Part shown: positions 47,980-58,399 of the stretch, in pieces | Position numbering within the stretch: the stretch's first letter is position 1 | Layout of the letters: every line of letters begins with the position of its first letter | NCBI GenBank assembly: GCA_963797635.1 | Contig: CAWCPZ010000003.1 | Span: forward strand, 67,339-131,338 | DNA: 64,000 nucleotides | Source of the DNA: an uncultured Actinomycetes bacterium | GTDB taxonomy: Bacteria; Actinomycetota; UBA4738; HRBIN12 | Direction: 5' to 3' | Notes under the pieces: generated by a model | What the model saw: the letters and a program-made list of their open reading frames with translations, nothing else | Databases searched by the model: none | What the model was told of the DNA's origin: nothing | Program-made: the position numbers and the translations under genes

Positions 47980-49466
47980 CACCAGAACCTCAGCTTCTTG
48001 CGGTCGAGCGCGGCCCACGCGTCGGGCCAGCGGCGGCGCGCCCGTCGCTGGAGGCGGGCCTCGATCGCGCCGAGCTCGCCCGCCGTGAACGCCACCCGTG
48101 CGCTGGTCCCGGCGGCCTGATCACGCAGCCACGCTGCGGCCACCACCGAATCCTGGTGTTCCCCGAGTTCGTCCTGCAGCACACCGGCCCGCTCGGCGAA
48201 CCTGCGGGCCGGCTTGCCCACCACAGGGGCCACCGCCTCTGCGGCATACCGGACGCGTTTGGCGCGGATCCGCGCTGCATGCAGGTCGGCATCGGCCGAT
48301 CCCGGATCCAGCGACTCGCACGCGCGCTGCAAGTGATCCCACGGCCCCGACACGAGCGAGTCGATCACGTCGACGGCGGGCGTGGACGCCACATCGTCGA
48401 GGACCGCGGGCGCCGTGGCGGCCGCGACGAGACGATCGAGCAGCACGGCGTACCGGTCCTCTCGCAGGGCCGACAGCATGGCCGCGCGCGCTTCGTCGCG
48501 TTGGGCGCGCAACCGATCGAGGAGCTTGCGCATCGTGACCGCGTCCTCGTCGGGGAGCATCGAGGTGTGCGCCCGCAACCGTTCGCCGAGCACGTCGAGA
48601 TCGCGGACGGCTCCGAGCTCGTCGCCGAGCCAGCGCAGTTCGTCCCGGAGCTGGGCGTCCCATGTCGGCTCCAGCAACGTTCGGAACGTCCGGAGGTCCG
48701 AGCGGAGCCGCCGGGTCGCCACCCGCGCCTGGTGCACGCCTTCCAGGTCGCTGCCGAGCCGGACGGCGGCGTCGTGTCGGATCAACCGGACCACCGAGGC
48801 CGACAGGGCGGTGCGGATCATCGCCTCGACGGTCTTGGGCCGCTTGCCGTGCTGCTCCACCTCGGGCGGTTCGGCCGCCAACGGCATGAGGGCCCGGACG
48901 TACTTCGGCAGGGCCGGTTCGGCGCGTTGTGCCCCTTCGGCCACCAGCCGTTTGATCACCGGGTCGATGATCGCTTCGTCGGCATCCTGGGTGAGTTCGG
49001 CTTCGAGCTCCCGGAAGCGCGCCACCACTCGTCGCCCGTCCAGCACCGAGACCTCGTCGTCCACCACCTCGGCGGCCGGTCTGGCCTCGGCATCGAGCAG
49101 CCGCGTGGTCCGGCGGACCGTCTGCAGCCGCACGGCGAGCGACACCGGTTCTTGCCGCAGGTATCCCCGGAGCAGGTCGATCGCGGGAGCCGGCGGACGG
49201 CCCGGGCCCGCCTCGAAGTGATGCTCCTCGCGCGCCAGCGTGTCGGAGAGGCCCGCGGCGGGGAGCTTGACGGTCCAGCCCTCGCCGGTCCGGTAGCGCA
49301 GGGAGCATCCCCAGCGAGCCAGCCGCAGGTCCTGCGTGTCGTAGTAGCTGGTGACGAACCGCTGGACGCCCTCGCCTTCGGCGGAGAAGCCGTCGAGGAC
49401 CTCGGACAGGTCGGGAAGATGGAACAGCGGACCGACGGTGAGCTTGACCTCGCGCTCCAGGTTCAC
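47979..49466 (-). CDS. CYTH (triphosphate tunnel) plus CHAD domain protein
   Basis: GTG start at 49464-49466 overlaps the ppk stop (GTGA). N-terminal EREVKL...E.YYDT CYTH motifs and a long helical CHAD domain (HQARVATRRLRSDLRTF...). Confidence 0.75.
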   Translation of the reverse strand: MNLEREVKLTVGPLFHLPDLSEVLDGFSAEGEGVQRFVTSYYDTQDLRLARWGCSLRYRTGEGWTVKLPAAGLSDTLAREEHHFEAGPGRPPAPAIDLLRGYLRQEPVSLAVRLQTVRRTTRLLDAEARPAAEVVDDEVSVLDGRRVVARFRELEAELTQDADEAIIDPVIKRLVAEGAQRAEPALPKYVRALMPLAAEPPEVEQHGKRPKTVEAMIRTALSASVVRLIRHDAAVRLGSDLEGVHQARVATRRLRSDLRTFRTLLEPTWDAQLRDELRWLGDELGAVRDLDVLGERLRAHTSMLPDEDAVTMRKLLDRLRAQRDEARAAMLSALREDRYAVLLDRLVAAATAPAVLDDVASTPAVDVIDSLVSGPWDHLQRACESLDPGSADADLHAARIRAKRVRYAAEAVAPVVGKPARRFAERAGVLQDELGEHQDSVVAAAWLRDQAAGTSARVAFTAGELGAIEARLQRRARRRWPDAWAALDRKKLRFW

Positions 49467-51539
49467 CGCTCGCCAGCCCGCTCCACGGCGAGCTCCTGCA
49501 GCGCCCGGTGGGCGTTCACGCCGCGGCTCGTCGGCACCTTGTGCCATCGTCCATCGGGATCGAGCTCCCATGCGAGCTCGTCGTCGGCGAGTTCGATCGC
49601 CAGCACCTCGGCCAGGCGCTCCTGCAGGGCGCCGTCCTCCACGGGCGTGAGGGCCTCGACGCGACGGTCGAGGTTGCGCGGCATCCAGTCGGCCGATCCG
49701 ATCAGGTAGTCGAACCCGCGCGACGTGCTCCCGAACCGGTACACCCGGGAATGCTCCAGGAACCGGCCCACGATGGAGCGGACCCTGATGCCCTCGGACA
49801 GACCCGGGACCCCGGGACGCAGACAGCAGATGCCGCGGATCAGCAACTCGACGCGGACGCCCGACTGCGACGCTTCGTAGAGCGCATCGATCAGGTCGCT
49901 GTCCACGAGGCTGTTCATCTTCAGCACGATGGAGCCGTCGTCCTGCTCCATCTCCCGGTGGACCAGGGCCGCGAGGCCGGGGCGCAGGGTGACCGGGGCC
50001 ACCAGCAGCTTGCGGTATTCGCGCTGCCGGCTGTAGCCGGTGAGCAGGTTGAACAGGTCCGTGAGATCCGCGCCCAGATCGGGGTCGGCCGTCAACAGCC
50101 CGATGTCTTCGTACAGTCGCGCGGTCGTGGAGTTGTAGTTGCCCGTCCCCAGGTGCGCGTACCGTCGGATGCCGTCGTTCTCCCGGCGCACCACCAGGCA
50201 GGTCTTCGCGTGCGTCTTGAGGCCCACCATGCCGTACACCACGTGCACCCCAGCCGTTTCCAGCGTTCGTGCGAACGAGATGTTGGCTTCCTCGTCGAAT
50301 CGCGCCTTCAGCTCGACGAGGGCCACCACCTGCTTGCCGGCGTCGGCGGCCCGCACCAGGGAGCGGATGATCGGGCTGTCGGCCGAGGTGCGGTAGAGGG
50401 TCTGCTTGATCGCGAGGACGTCGGGGTCCCGCGCGGCCTGATCCACGAACGCCGCGACGGAGGATTCGTAGGAGTCGTAGGGGTGATGCACCAGGATGTC
50501 GCCGCGCCGCACCGCCTCGAACACGTCCGGCAGGCCCTCCTGCGACTGGAGCTCGGGCGGCGTGACCGGCGTCCACGGTTCATCCTTCAGGTCGGCTCGA
50601 TCGAGGTTCACGAAGAACCAGAGGTCGCCGAGCGCGAGGAGTCCGTCGACGACGTAGACCTGGGATTCCTCCAAGCTCAGCTCGCGCATCAGGACCTCGC
50701 GCACCTCGCCGCTCATCGTGTCGTCGATCTCCAGCCGGATCGGCGTGGCGCCTCGTTGCCGCCGTTGCAGGACGGTCTCGATCGCGGCCAGGAGATCGTC
50801 GGCTTCGTCCTCTTCGACCTCGACGTCGGCGTCGCGCGTCACGCGGAAGAAGTGGTGGGACAGCAGGTCCATGCCGGGGAACAGCTGGTCCATGTGCGCC
50901 GCGATCACCTCTTCGAGCGGCACGAAGCGCTCGCCGTCGGGCAGCTCGATGAACCGCGGCAGCGATCGGTGGCACCTTCACGCGCGCGAACTTGCGCACG
51001 CCCGTCATCGGGTCGCGCACGGCCGCCGCGACGTTCAACGACAGGCTCGAGATGTAGGGGAACGGATGCGCCGGATCCACCGACAGCGGCGTGAGCACCG
51101 GGAAGATCCGTTCGGAGAACCGGCGGCCCAGGAACGCCGCGGTCGTCCTCGCCGAGTTGATCCCAGTGGGCGAGGCGGATGCGCTCCTTCTCCAGCGCGG
51201 GGAGTCAGGTCGGTGGACAGCACGCCTTCGACCCTCGCCTGCAGCCCGTCGAGCCGCTCGCGGATCGCCTCCAGCTGTTCGGGCGGGCGTCATCCCGTCG
51301 GGCGTGACCACGGCGACCCCCGCCTCGACCTGCTCCTCCAGACCGGACACCCGGACCTGGAAGAACTCATCGAGGTTCTGCGTGTAGATCGCCAGGAACT
51401 TGACCCGTTCCAGCAGCGGCCGGGCGGGGTCCTCGGCGAGCGCCAGCACCCGCGCGTTGAACTCCAGCCAGCTCAGCTCACGGTTGAGGAAGCGGGCTGA
51501 GGTGGCGGGCATCGCCTCGGGGAAGGTCTCGGCGCTCAT
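49463..51539 (-). pseudogene. ppk: Polyphosphate kinase 1, disrupted by at least 3 single-base indels between ~50930 and ~51300
   Basis: C-terminal 486 aa intact (ORF 49463..50923: ...GLKTHAKTCLVVRRE..., HLGTGNYN). The N-terminal 200 aa (MSAETFPE...SARFLNRELSWLEFNARVL...) switches frames several times. Example: gtgaaggtgccaccgAtcgctgccgcgg needs one base fewer to read VKVPPSLPRF. Confidence 0.75.
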
Positions 51540-51659
51540 GGGGTCGACATCGTAGAGAGTCCCAGCCTCGCAGGCAATCGCACGCTCGTCCACATCGCGG
51601 ATACCTTGCGGTGCAACCTGTCATCGTGGCAGACACGTCATCGATGCCCAGTGGGCGCG

Positions 51660-52388
51660 TCAGTCGACGAACTTGTACCCGAGCCCGCGCACGGTGACGA
51701 CGTGGGTCGGTTCGTGGGGATCGGTTTCGATCTTCTGGCGGAGCCGCTTCACGTGCACGTCGAGGGTCTTCGTGTCGCCCACGTAGTCCGCCCCCCAGAC
51801 CTCCTCGATCAGGAACAGCCGTGTGAGCAACCGATCCTTGCGTCGGAGGAACGCCTCGAGCAGTTCGAACTCCTTGGGTGGGAACCCCACCGGCGCGCCC
51901 CGCACCACGACCTCGTGCCGCGACACATCCATCTCGATGGGACCACCGCGGAGCACCTCTTCTTCGGGCAGGGCGCTGTCGGCTCGCATCCCGGCACGAC
52001 GCAGGTGCGCTCGGACCCGAGAGACCAATTCACGCACCGAGAACGGCTTCGTGACGTAGTCGTCGGCTCCCAACTCCAGACCGGTGACCTTGTCGGCCTC
52101 CGAGTCCTTCGCCGTCACCATGATGATGGGAACGTCGGACTCCGCCCGGATGGCGCGGCACACGTCGAGGCCCGAGAGCTCGGGAAGCATCAGATCCAAG
52201 ATCACGAGCGCGGGACGCTCGGATCGGAACCGGTCGATCGCACGTCGCCCATCGGTCGCGACCGACACCGAGAACCCTTCCCGTTCGAGGTTGTACCGGA
52301 CCGAGTCGGCCAACGATTCCTCGTCCTCCACGATCAGGACGAGCGGGGCCGACTCCGGATGCTCGTCGGCGATGGAGAGATCGCTCAT
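51660..52388 (-). CDS. OmpR/PhoB-family response regulator (PhoP/RegX3-like)
   Basis: Receiver domain (LVLIVEDEESL...ILDLMLP...) and winged-helix (...VVTVRGLGYKFV); intact 242 aa. 4-nt overlap with the downstream phoU. Confidence 0.9.
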   Translation of the reverse strand: MSDLSIADEHPESAPLVLIVEDEESLADSVRYNLEREGFSVSVATDGRRAIDRFRSERPALVILDLMLPELSGLDVCRAIRAESDVPIIMVTAKDSEADKVTGLELGADDYVTKPFSVRELVSRVRAHLRRAGMRADSALPEEEVLRGGPIEMDVSRHEVVVRGAPVGFPPKEFELLEAFLRRKDRLLTRLFLIEEVWGADYVGDTKTLDVHVKRLRQKIETDPHEPTHVVTVRGLGYKFVD

Positions 52389-53067
52389 TCGATCGTGACC
52401 GGATGGGAGGCATCGGTGAACTCGCGGAACTCGCCCGTCAGCAGGAACCCGACCTGCTCCGCGATGTCGACGGCGTTGTCGCCCACGCGTTCGAGCGCAC
52501 GCGCCGCCATGTTCATGTGCAGTCCCCAGTCGAGGCTCCGAGGATCGTCCGCAAGCTTCAGCGCTTCGAGGTGGGTGGCTCGGTTGAGCCGGTCAACGGG
52601 GTCGTCCATCGTGGGCACCTTGAGCGCCAGCTCGAGGTCCCGCCGTCCGAACGCTTCCATCGCCGTTCGGATCATCGGTGACGACGAGGGTCGCCCATCT
52701 CCTCGATCTGCTGGCGCATCGATTCGCTCCCGGACTCGTCCTTGGTCCGGAGGTACAGCTTGGCGACGTTGACCGCTTGATCGCCGACCCGCTCGAGGTG
52801 CAGGTTGCAGTGCATGATCGCCGAGATCAGCCGAAGGTCGGCGGCGACGGGCGACTGCAGCGCCAGGACCGACAGGACATCGCTGTCGATCTTCAGGTAG
52901 AGCTCGTCGATCCGATCGTCGTCGTCGATCACGCCCTGCGCCTTCGCGTCGTCGTGCTGCACCAGCGCCTCGACCGACGCTGCACCGAGTTGCCGGCGAG
53001 CTCGCCCATGCTCAGCAGGTCCATCTCGATCTGCTCCAGCGACTCGTGGAACGGTCCCGCTGCTCAT
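52385..53067 (-). pseudogene. phoU: Phosphate signalling complex protein PhoU, at least 3 indels
   Basis: PhoU segments (FHESLEQIEMDLLSMGELAGNSV / SVEALVQHDDAKAQGVIDDDDRIDELY... / ...ALERVGDNAVDIAEQVGFLLTGE) lie in three different frames (ORFs 52672..53067 and 52385..52675 plus an unlisted frame). Confidence 0.7.
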
Positions 53068-53883
53068 CCGAATCTCCCCGTCACGTAGTCCTCGGTCCGC
53101 TGATCGGTCGGGTTGGTGAAGATCGATTCCGTGCGGTCGAACTCGACGATCGTGCCGGTCCGGCTGCCGTCGTCATGGACCTCCACGGTGAAGAACGCGG
53201 TGCGGTCGCTGACCCGCGCGGCCTGCTGCATGTTGTGGGTCACGATGACGATCGTGTAGTCGGCCACCAGCTCCTGCATCAGGTCCTCGATCTTCGCGGT
53301 GGCGATCGGGTCGAGCGCCGAGCACGGCTCGTCCATCAGGATCACGTCGGGCTTGCGTGGCGATCGCCCGCGCGATGCACAGACGCTGCTGCTGGCCACC
53401 CGAGAGCGCGAGGCCCGATTCCTTCAGCTTGTCCTTCACCTCGTCCCACAGCGCCGCCTTGCGCAGGCTCTCCTCGACGAGCTCGTCCATGTTGCCCTTG
53501 TAGCCGGCGATCTTCGGGCCGAACGCGATGTTGTCGTAGATCGACTTCGGGAACGGGTTCGGCTTCTGGAACACCATGCCGATGCGCCGGCGAACCTCGA
53601 CCGGGTCCACGCGCTCGTCGTAGAGGTCGACGCCGTGGTACAGCAGCGTGCCTTCGACACGAGCGCCTTCGATCAGGTCGTTCATCCGGTTGAGGCAGCG
53701 CAGGAACGTGGTCTTGCCGCACCCGGACGGCCCGATCAGCGCGGTGATCTCGTTCTTCAGGATCGGCAGGTTGATGTCGCGGATCGCCCGGAAGTCGCCG
53801 TAGAACACGGCGAGGTCGGCCGTCGAGAACACGACCTCGCGCGCGGCCTCATCGGCCTCGGTGACGCTCGAGGGTTTCACCAT
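53064..53883 (-). pseudogene. pstB: Phosphate ABC transporter ATP-binding protein, one indel near 53350-53380
   Basis: Walker [11 protein letters not shown]-loop and signature [16 protein letters not shown] are in ORF 53173..53883. Walker B/D-loop/H-loop ([15 protein letters not shown]...[10 protein letters not shown]) are in ORF 53064..53399. The join (gccacgCaagcccgac) needs one base fewer. Confidence 0.8.
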
Positions 53884-53958
53884 GAGCTGGGGCCCATCAT
53901 CGGTGACGCGAGGTCGCCGGCGTCAGGTCGGTCGTGTCCATCGGTTCACCACTTTCGG

Positions 53959-54870
53959 TCATAGCGGTTCCTCAGCAGGATCGCGGCGAGGTTCACGACG
54001 AGGATGATCACGAGCAGCACGACGATCGCTGCGGCCGTGTTGGCCTTCCAGTCCTCGCCGGCCAGCCGGGACCATGAGAAGATCTGCGTGGGCAGCGCCG
54101 TGTACTTGCCCTGCAGGACCTCGAGCGGCGATCGCCGACGACGACGTGGAGAGGTAGCCGGTGACGGCCCCCACCAGCAGCAGCGGCGCCGTCTCGCCGA
54201 ACGCCCGGGCCAGCGACAGGATCAGGCCCGTGAAGACCCCGGGCGCCGCGTACGGAAGCACGTGGCTGCGGACGACCTCCCACCGCGTGGCGCCGACACC
54301 GTAGGCGGCCTCGCGCACGCTCTTCGGGCACGGCCCGCAGCGCCTCCATCGTCACGAGGATGATGATCGGCAGCACCAGCACCGACAGCGTCAGGCCGCC
54401 CGAGATGTAGCTCCGGCCGAACGTGTCGGGGCCGGTGAAGGCGCGCAGCGCCTGCACGAACACCACCAGCCCGAGGATGCCGTAGACGATCGACGGCACG
54501 CCGGCGAGGTTGCGGATGTTGGTGGTGAGCAGCCGGTTGAGGCGGGTGTCGCGCGCGTACTCCTGCAGGTAGATCGCCGCGGCGATGCCGAGCGGCATCG
54601 CCACCACCGCGACGAAGCCGATCAGGATCAGCGAGCCGACGATGCCCTGGCGCACCCCCGCTCGGCTGGCAGGCGGGAGACATCGCTGGTCACGAAGTCG
54701 CCGAGCCTGCGTCGACAGCACCGGCCAGGCGGCCGACAGCGCCGTGCCCAGCAGGACGATCAGGATCAGCGAGCGACAGGAGCAGGGACAGCAGCAGCGC
54801 CCCCTGGAAGACGCGGCCCGCGAGATCGCGCTTGCGAGCCGCGGAGGGCGAGCTCCACCGTGCCGCGGAC
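53959..54870 (-). pseudogene. pstA: Phosphate ABC transporter permease PstA, several indels; boundaries approximate
   Basis: PstA fragments are spread over ORFs 54008..54721 (GIVGSLILIGFVAVVAMPLGIAAAIYLQEYARDTRL...[13 protein letters not shown]) and 53959..54318 ([50 protein letters not shown]). Confidence 0.6.
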
Positions 54871-54879
54871 CTGCGCGGT

Positions 54880-55851
54880 CGGGGCGATCGCGGCCATCAG
54901 TAGTCCCTCCGGACCCGGCGGACGAAGCGCTCGGACAGCAGGTTCAAGCCCGAGCGTCATCGCGAACAGCAGCAGGCCGACGAAGTAGAGCGCATCGAAC
55001 GCGTTGAGCCCGGTGCTGCTCTTCACCTGGTCCGAGCCGATCGCGAGCGAGGCGATCGCGCCGGTCATCGTCTGGCCGGGCTCCAAGGGGTTCGAGATGG
55101 CGGCGTGGCCGAGCCCGTCGCGCCGGCCGCGATCGCCACCACCATCGTCTCGCCGATCGCCCGAGAGAACCCGAGGATCAGCGACGCCACGATGCCGGAG
55201 ACCGCCGCGGGGAAGACGACCTTCGTCGTCACCGTCCGCCGGCGCGCGCCGATCCCGTAGGCGGCCTCCCGCAGCGCGCCGGGCACGGCGTACATCGCGT
55301 CCTCGGCCACCGAGGCCACCAAGCGGGATCGTGAGGATCCCGACGCCGATGCCGGCCGCCATGATCGTGAACGTGCTCGACGTCGCGAACAGCGTCTGCA
55401 CGATGGTCGGGTTGATCACCTGCAGCGCGAAGTAGCCGAGGACCACGCTCGGGATGCCCGGCGAGCGTCTCGAGGATCGGCTTCAGGCGCCGGCGGGTCC
55501 TCGGGCTCGCGTACTCGGACAGGTACATCGCCGCCCCGAGGCCGAGCGGTGTCGGCGATCACCATCGCGATCACGCGACACCTCGATCGTGCCGATGAAG
55601 AGCGTCGGGATGTCGAACTCTCCCTGTCGCGGCGACCACTGGCCGCTCCACAGCGACGAGAGCTCCACGTGGGACAGGAACGAGATCGCCTGGCCGAGCA
55701 GCGCGAGGACGATCGCGACGCTGATCGACCAGCGAGATCCCCGCGGCCGCGAGGAGCACGCCGCGGACGACGCCTTCCTTGCGCCGCCGCTTCGCGCTGC
55801 CCCGCAAGCGTGGCGATCGACGGCCCCGGTCTCACCCGTCGCCGTGACCAT
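54880..55851 (-). pseudogene. pstC: Phosphate ABC transporter permease PstC, at least 5 indels; boundaries approximate
   Basis: Conserved PstC segments are in at least four frames: LSHVELSSLWSGQWSPRQGEFDIPTLFIGTIEVS (55483..55851), [23 protein letters not shown] (55229..55528), [66 protein letters not shown] (55065..55322), [24 protein letters not shown]...NAFDALYFVGLLLFAMTL (54766..55446). Confidence 0.6.
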
Positions 55852-55936
55852 GCTGCGGCTACCCTACCCGCGGTCCGCAGGCGCGGCGAGGCCGGACGGC
55901 GATCGCCGTCCGGCCCAGGTGCCCGCGGTGCGTCCG

Positions 55937-56977
55937 ATCATGCCGAGGCCGACTCCCAGGCCGATCGGGTGGCCTCGATGCGGTCGGCCGGCAGCGCGAT
56001 GTAGCCGACCTGCTCCAGCAACCCGTCCGTCGCCAGCGAGTCGTCCGTCAGGTAGAAGTCGACGTAGGCCTTCACCTCGGGCCGGGCCATCGCCTCGTTG
56101 CTCACGTAGATGTAGAGCGAACGCGACAGCGGGTAGGAACCGTCGGAGATCGTGTCCGCCGACGGCGCCGACGCACCCGTCGCCGCCGTCGACCTGGATC
56201 TCCTTGATCTGGTCGCCCGCCTGCTCGGCGAACGCGAACCCCACGAAACCGAGCGAGCTCGGGGAGCCCTCCATCGCCGTGATGATCACGTTGTCGTTCG
56301 GCGAAGGCTGGTAGTCGCTGCGGAGCGCGGCGGCTTCGTCCTCGGGCACGCCCTGCGCGATCGCGGTGTCTTCGATCCCCGCGAGGTCGATGAAGGCGTC
56401 GTAGGTCCCCGACTCCTCTCCGGGCGCGGTGATCTCCAGCGGGGCATCAGGGAACCCACCGGTGCCCCCGACCTGCTGGCGCGAGCGAGTCGGCGCCGTT
56501 CCAGGTGTCGATCCCGTCGGACTCCGGGCCGAACAGCGCGTAGAGGTCGCCGAAGTTCAAGCAGGTCACGTCGGCGTTCTCGGGGTTCGTCATCACCGTG
56601 ACGCCGTCCAAGCCGACCTCGAGTTCCGTGTACTCGATGCCGGCCTTCTGGCAGGCCTTCGCCTCCTCGTCCTCGATCGGACGCGAAGCGTCGGCGATGT
56701 CGATCTCGCCCTTGCAGAAGAGTTCGAAGCCGTCGCCGGTCCCGGGACCGTCGACGCTGATCTGCACGTCGGGGTTGTCGGCATTGAACTCCTCGGCGAC
56801 CACGGAGGAGATCGGTTCGACCGTCGAGGAGCCGGAGATCGTGATCGAACCCGACAAGGCGTCGGTCCCGCCCGTGTCGCCGGAACCGCCACCGTCGTCG
56901 CTGCCGCACGCCGCTGAGACGAGCGTGAGGGCGAGCAGGGCCACGAGCGCGCCCCCCAACCTGCGGTGCTTCACCAT
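55937..56977 (-). pseudogene. pstS: Phosphate-binding lipoprotein PstS, at least 3 indels
   Basis: Strong RBS GGAGGAGGAA before the ATG at 56977. Lipobox LTLVSAACGS. SGSSTVEPI, ...GAIGY-like segments. The C-terminus (ADTISDGSYPLSRSLYIYVSNEAMARPEVKAYVDFYL...*) is reconstructed in a third frame ending at TGA 55937-55939. Confidence 0.65.
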
Positions 56978-57046
56978 CGGTTCCTCCTCCATCGGTGCGT
57001 TCGGGGCGGAGCCTAGGGAGCAGGGGTGGACGCCTAGTGACCTCAA

Positions 57047-57179
57047 GATGAACGAGCGGTGAACGAGGACGGGCATGGAGAACGCCGGATGAACGCCCAG
57101 GTCCAAGCCCACAGGGGCCGCGATCACCGTCCAGAACCGTCGATCGGCGGAACCTCTGATGAACGACAGGTGAACACCG
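57047..57179. promoter_or_regulatory. PHO-box-like 11-nt direct-repeat units (core GTTCACC on the pstS strand) in the pstS / sensor-kinase divergent intergenic region
   Basis: Contiguous 11-mers gatgaacgagc|ggtgaacgagg (57047-57068), ggagaacgccg|gatgaacgccc (57077-57098) and gatgaacgaca|ggtgaacaccg (57158-57179). The reverse complement (CGTTCACC / CGTTCATC) matches the actinobacterial PhoP/RegX3 repeat-unit core. Confidence 0.55.
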
Positions 57180-57203
57180 CCGTCGGCCTCCTACACTGCG
57201 GCC

Positions 57204-58373
57204 ATGGAGGGGACCGCCGTGATCGTCGTGATCGTGGGTGGGATCGCGGTCGCCGCGGCAGGCTTCGTGATCGGTCGACGATCGCTGTCCATGAGCATGC
57301 GAAGCCTCCACGAGGAGGTGAAGCGTTCCTCCGACGCCCTCGTGCGGCGCGAGCGCTCCAGCGAAGACGAGCGCCACGTGCAGGACCTGATCCTGGGAAC
57401 GATGCAGGAAGGCGTGCTGCTCTTCGACGGTGGATGGCGAACGGCGTTCGCGAACGAAGCGCTCGAGCGCCACCTCGCCGGGAGGCCGACCGCCGTCGCT
57501 CAGCTCTATCCTCCGGCCCTCCGCGAGATGGTCAAGGAGGTCAGCGAGCACCGTCGTGCGTCGACGATCGAACTCGAACGCACCGAGCCCACGCGATGGT
57601 TGCGGGCAACCGCCGCCCCCGCCGGCAGCGACGGCTCGATCCTGTTGGTGGTCACCGACATCACCGAGACCCGGCGCATCGAGGCCGTCCGCCGGGACTT
57701 CGTCGCCAACGCCTCCCACGAACTGAAGACCCCGGCAGCTTCGATCCAGGCCGTGGCCGAGACCCTCGCGTCGGTGGCCGAACACGATCCCGCCGCCGTC
57801 TCACGGTTCGCCTCTCAGCTCGAGCGGGAAGCGATGCGACTCTCGAGGATCGTCGCCGATCTGCTCGACCTGTCGCGGCTCGAGTCCGGCAGCGACCTGG
57901 GCGACCCGATCCGGTTCGACCAGGTGGTCCACGACGAACTCGACCGCTTCGAGGAGGCCGCCCGCGAGGCCGGGTTGACGGTCGTGGCGACCGATGCGGG
58001 ACCCGCGGTGGTCTCGGGTTCGATGCGCGACCTCTCGCTCTTGGTCCGCAACCTGATCGACAACGCGATCCGATACACCCGGCCCGGCGGCACGATCACG
58101 GTGTCGCTGGAGAGCGGCAACGGCACGGTGCAGCTGGTCGTCGGCGACGACGGCATGGGCATCCCTTCGCGCGACCTGCCTCGGGTGTTCGAGCGGTTCT
58201 ACCGCGTCGATCGGGCTCGTTCGCGCGAGACCGGCGGCACGGGGCTCGGACTGGCGATCGTGAAGCACGTCGCCGAGAACCACGGCGGCACGGTCGACGT
58301 GGTGAGTGAACTGAACCGTGGATCGACGTTCACCGTGCGGCTCCCGGCCGCCCGTGCCACGGCCTCGCCCTGA
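57204..58373 (+). CDS. Sensor histidine kinase (SenX3/PhoR-like): TM anchor, PAS, HisKA, HATPase_c
   Basis: N-terminal TM helix (VIVVIVGGIAVAAAGFVIG). PAS-like region. H-box (ANASHELKTP). N, G1 and G2 boxes (NLIDNAIRYT, GDDGMGI, GGTGLGLAIV). Confidence 0.85.
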   Translation: MEGTAVIVVIVGGIAVAAAGFVIGRRSLSMSMRSLHEEVKRSSDALVRRERSSEDERHVQDLILGTMQEGVLLFDGGWRTAFANEALERHLAGRPTAVAQLYPPALREMVKEVSEHRRASTIELERTEPTRWLRATAAPAGSDGSILLVVTDITETRRIEAVRRDFVANASHELKTPAASIQAVAETLASVAEHDPAAVSRFASQLEREAMRLSRIVADLLDLSRLESGSDLGDPIRFDQVVHDELDRFEEAAREAGLTVVATDAGPAVVSGSMRDLSLLVRNLIDNAIRYTRPGGTITVSLESGNGTVQLVVGDDGMGIPSRDLPRVFERFYRVDRARSRETGGTGLGLAIVKHVAENHGGTVDVVSELNRGSTFTVRLPAARATASP

Positions 58374-58399
58374 GCGGACGACCCGTATGCTGCTCCGCG

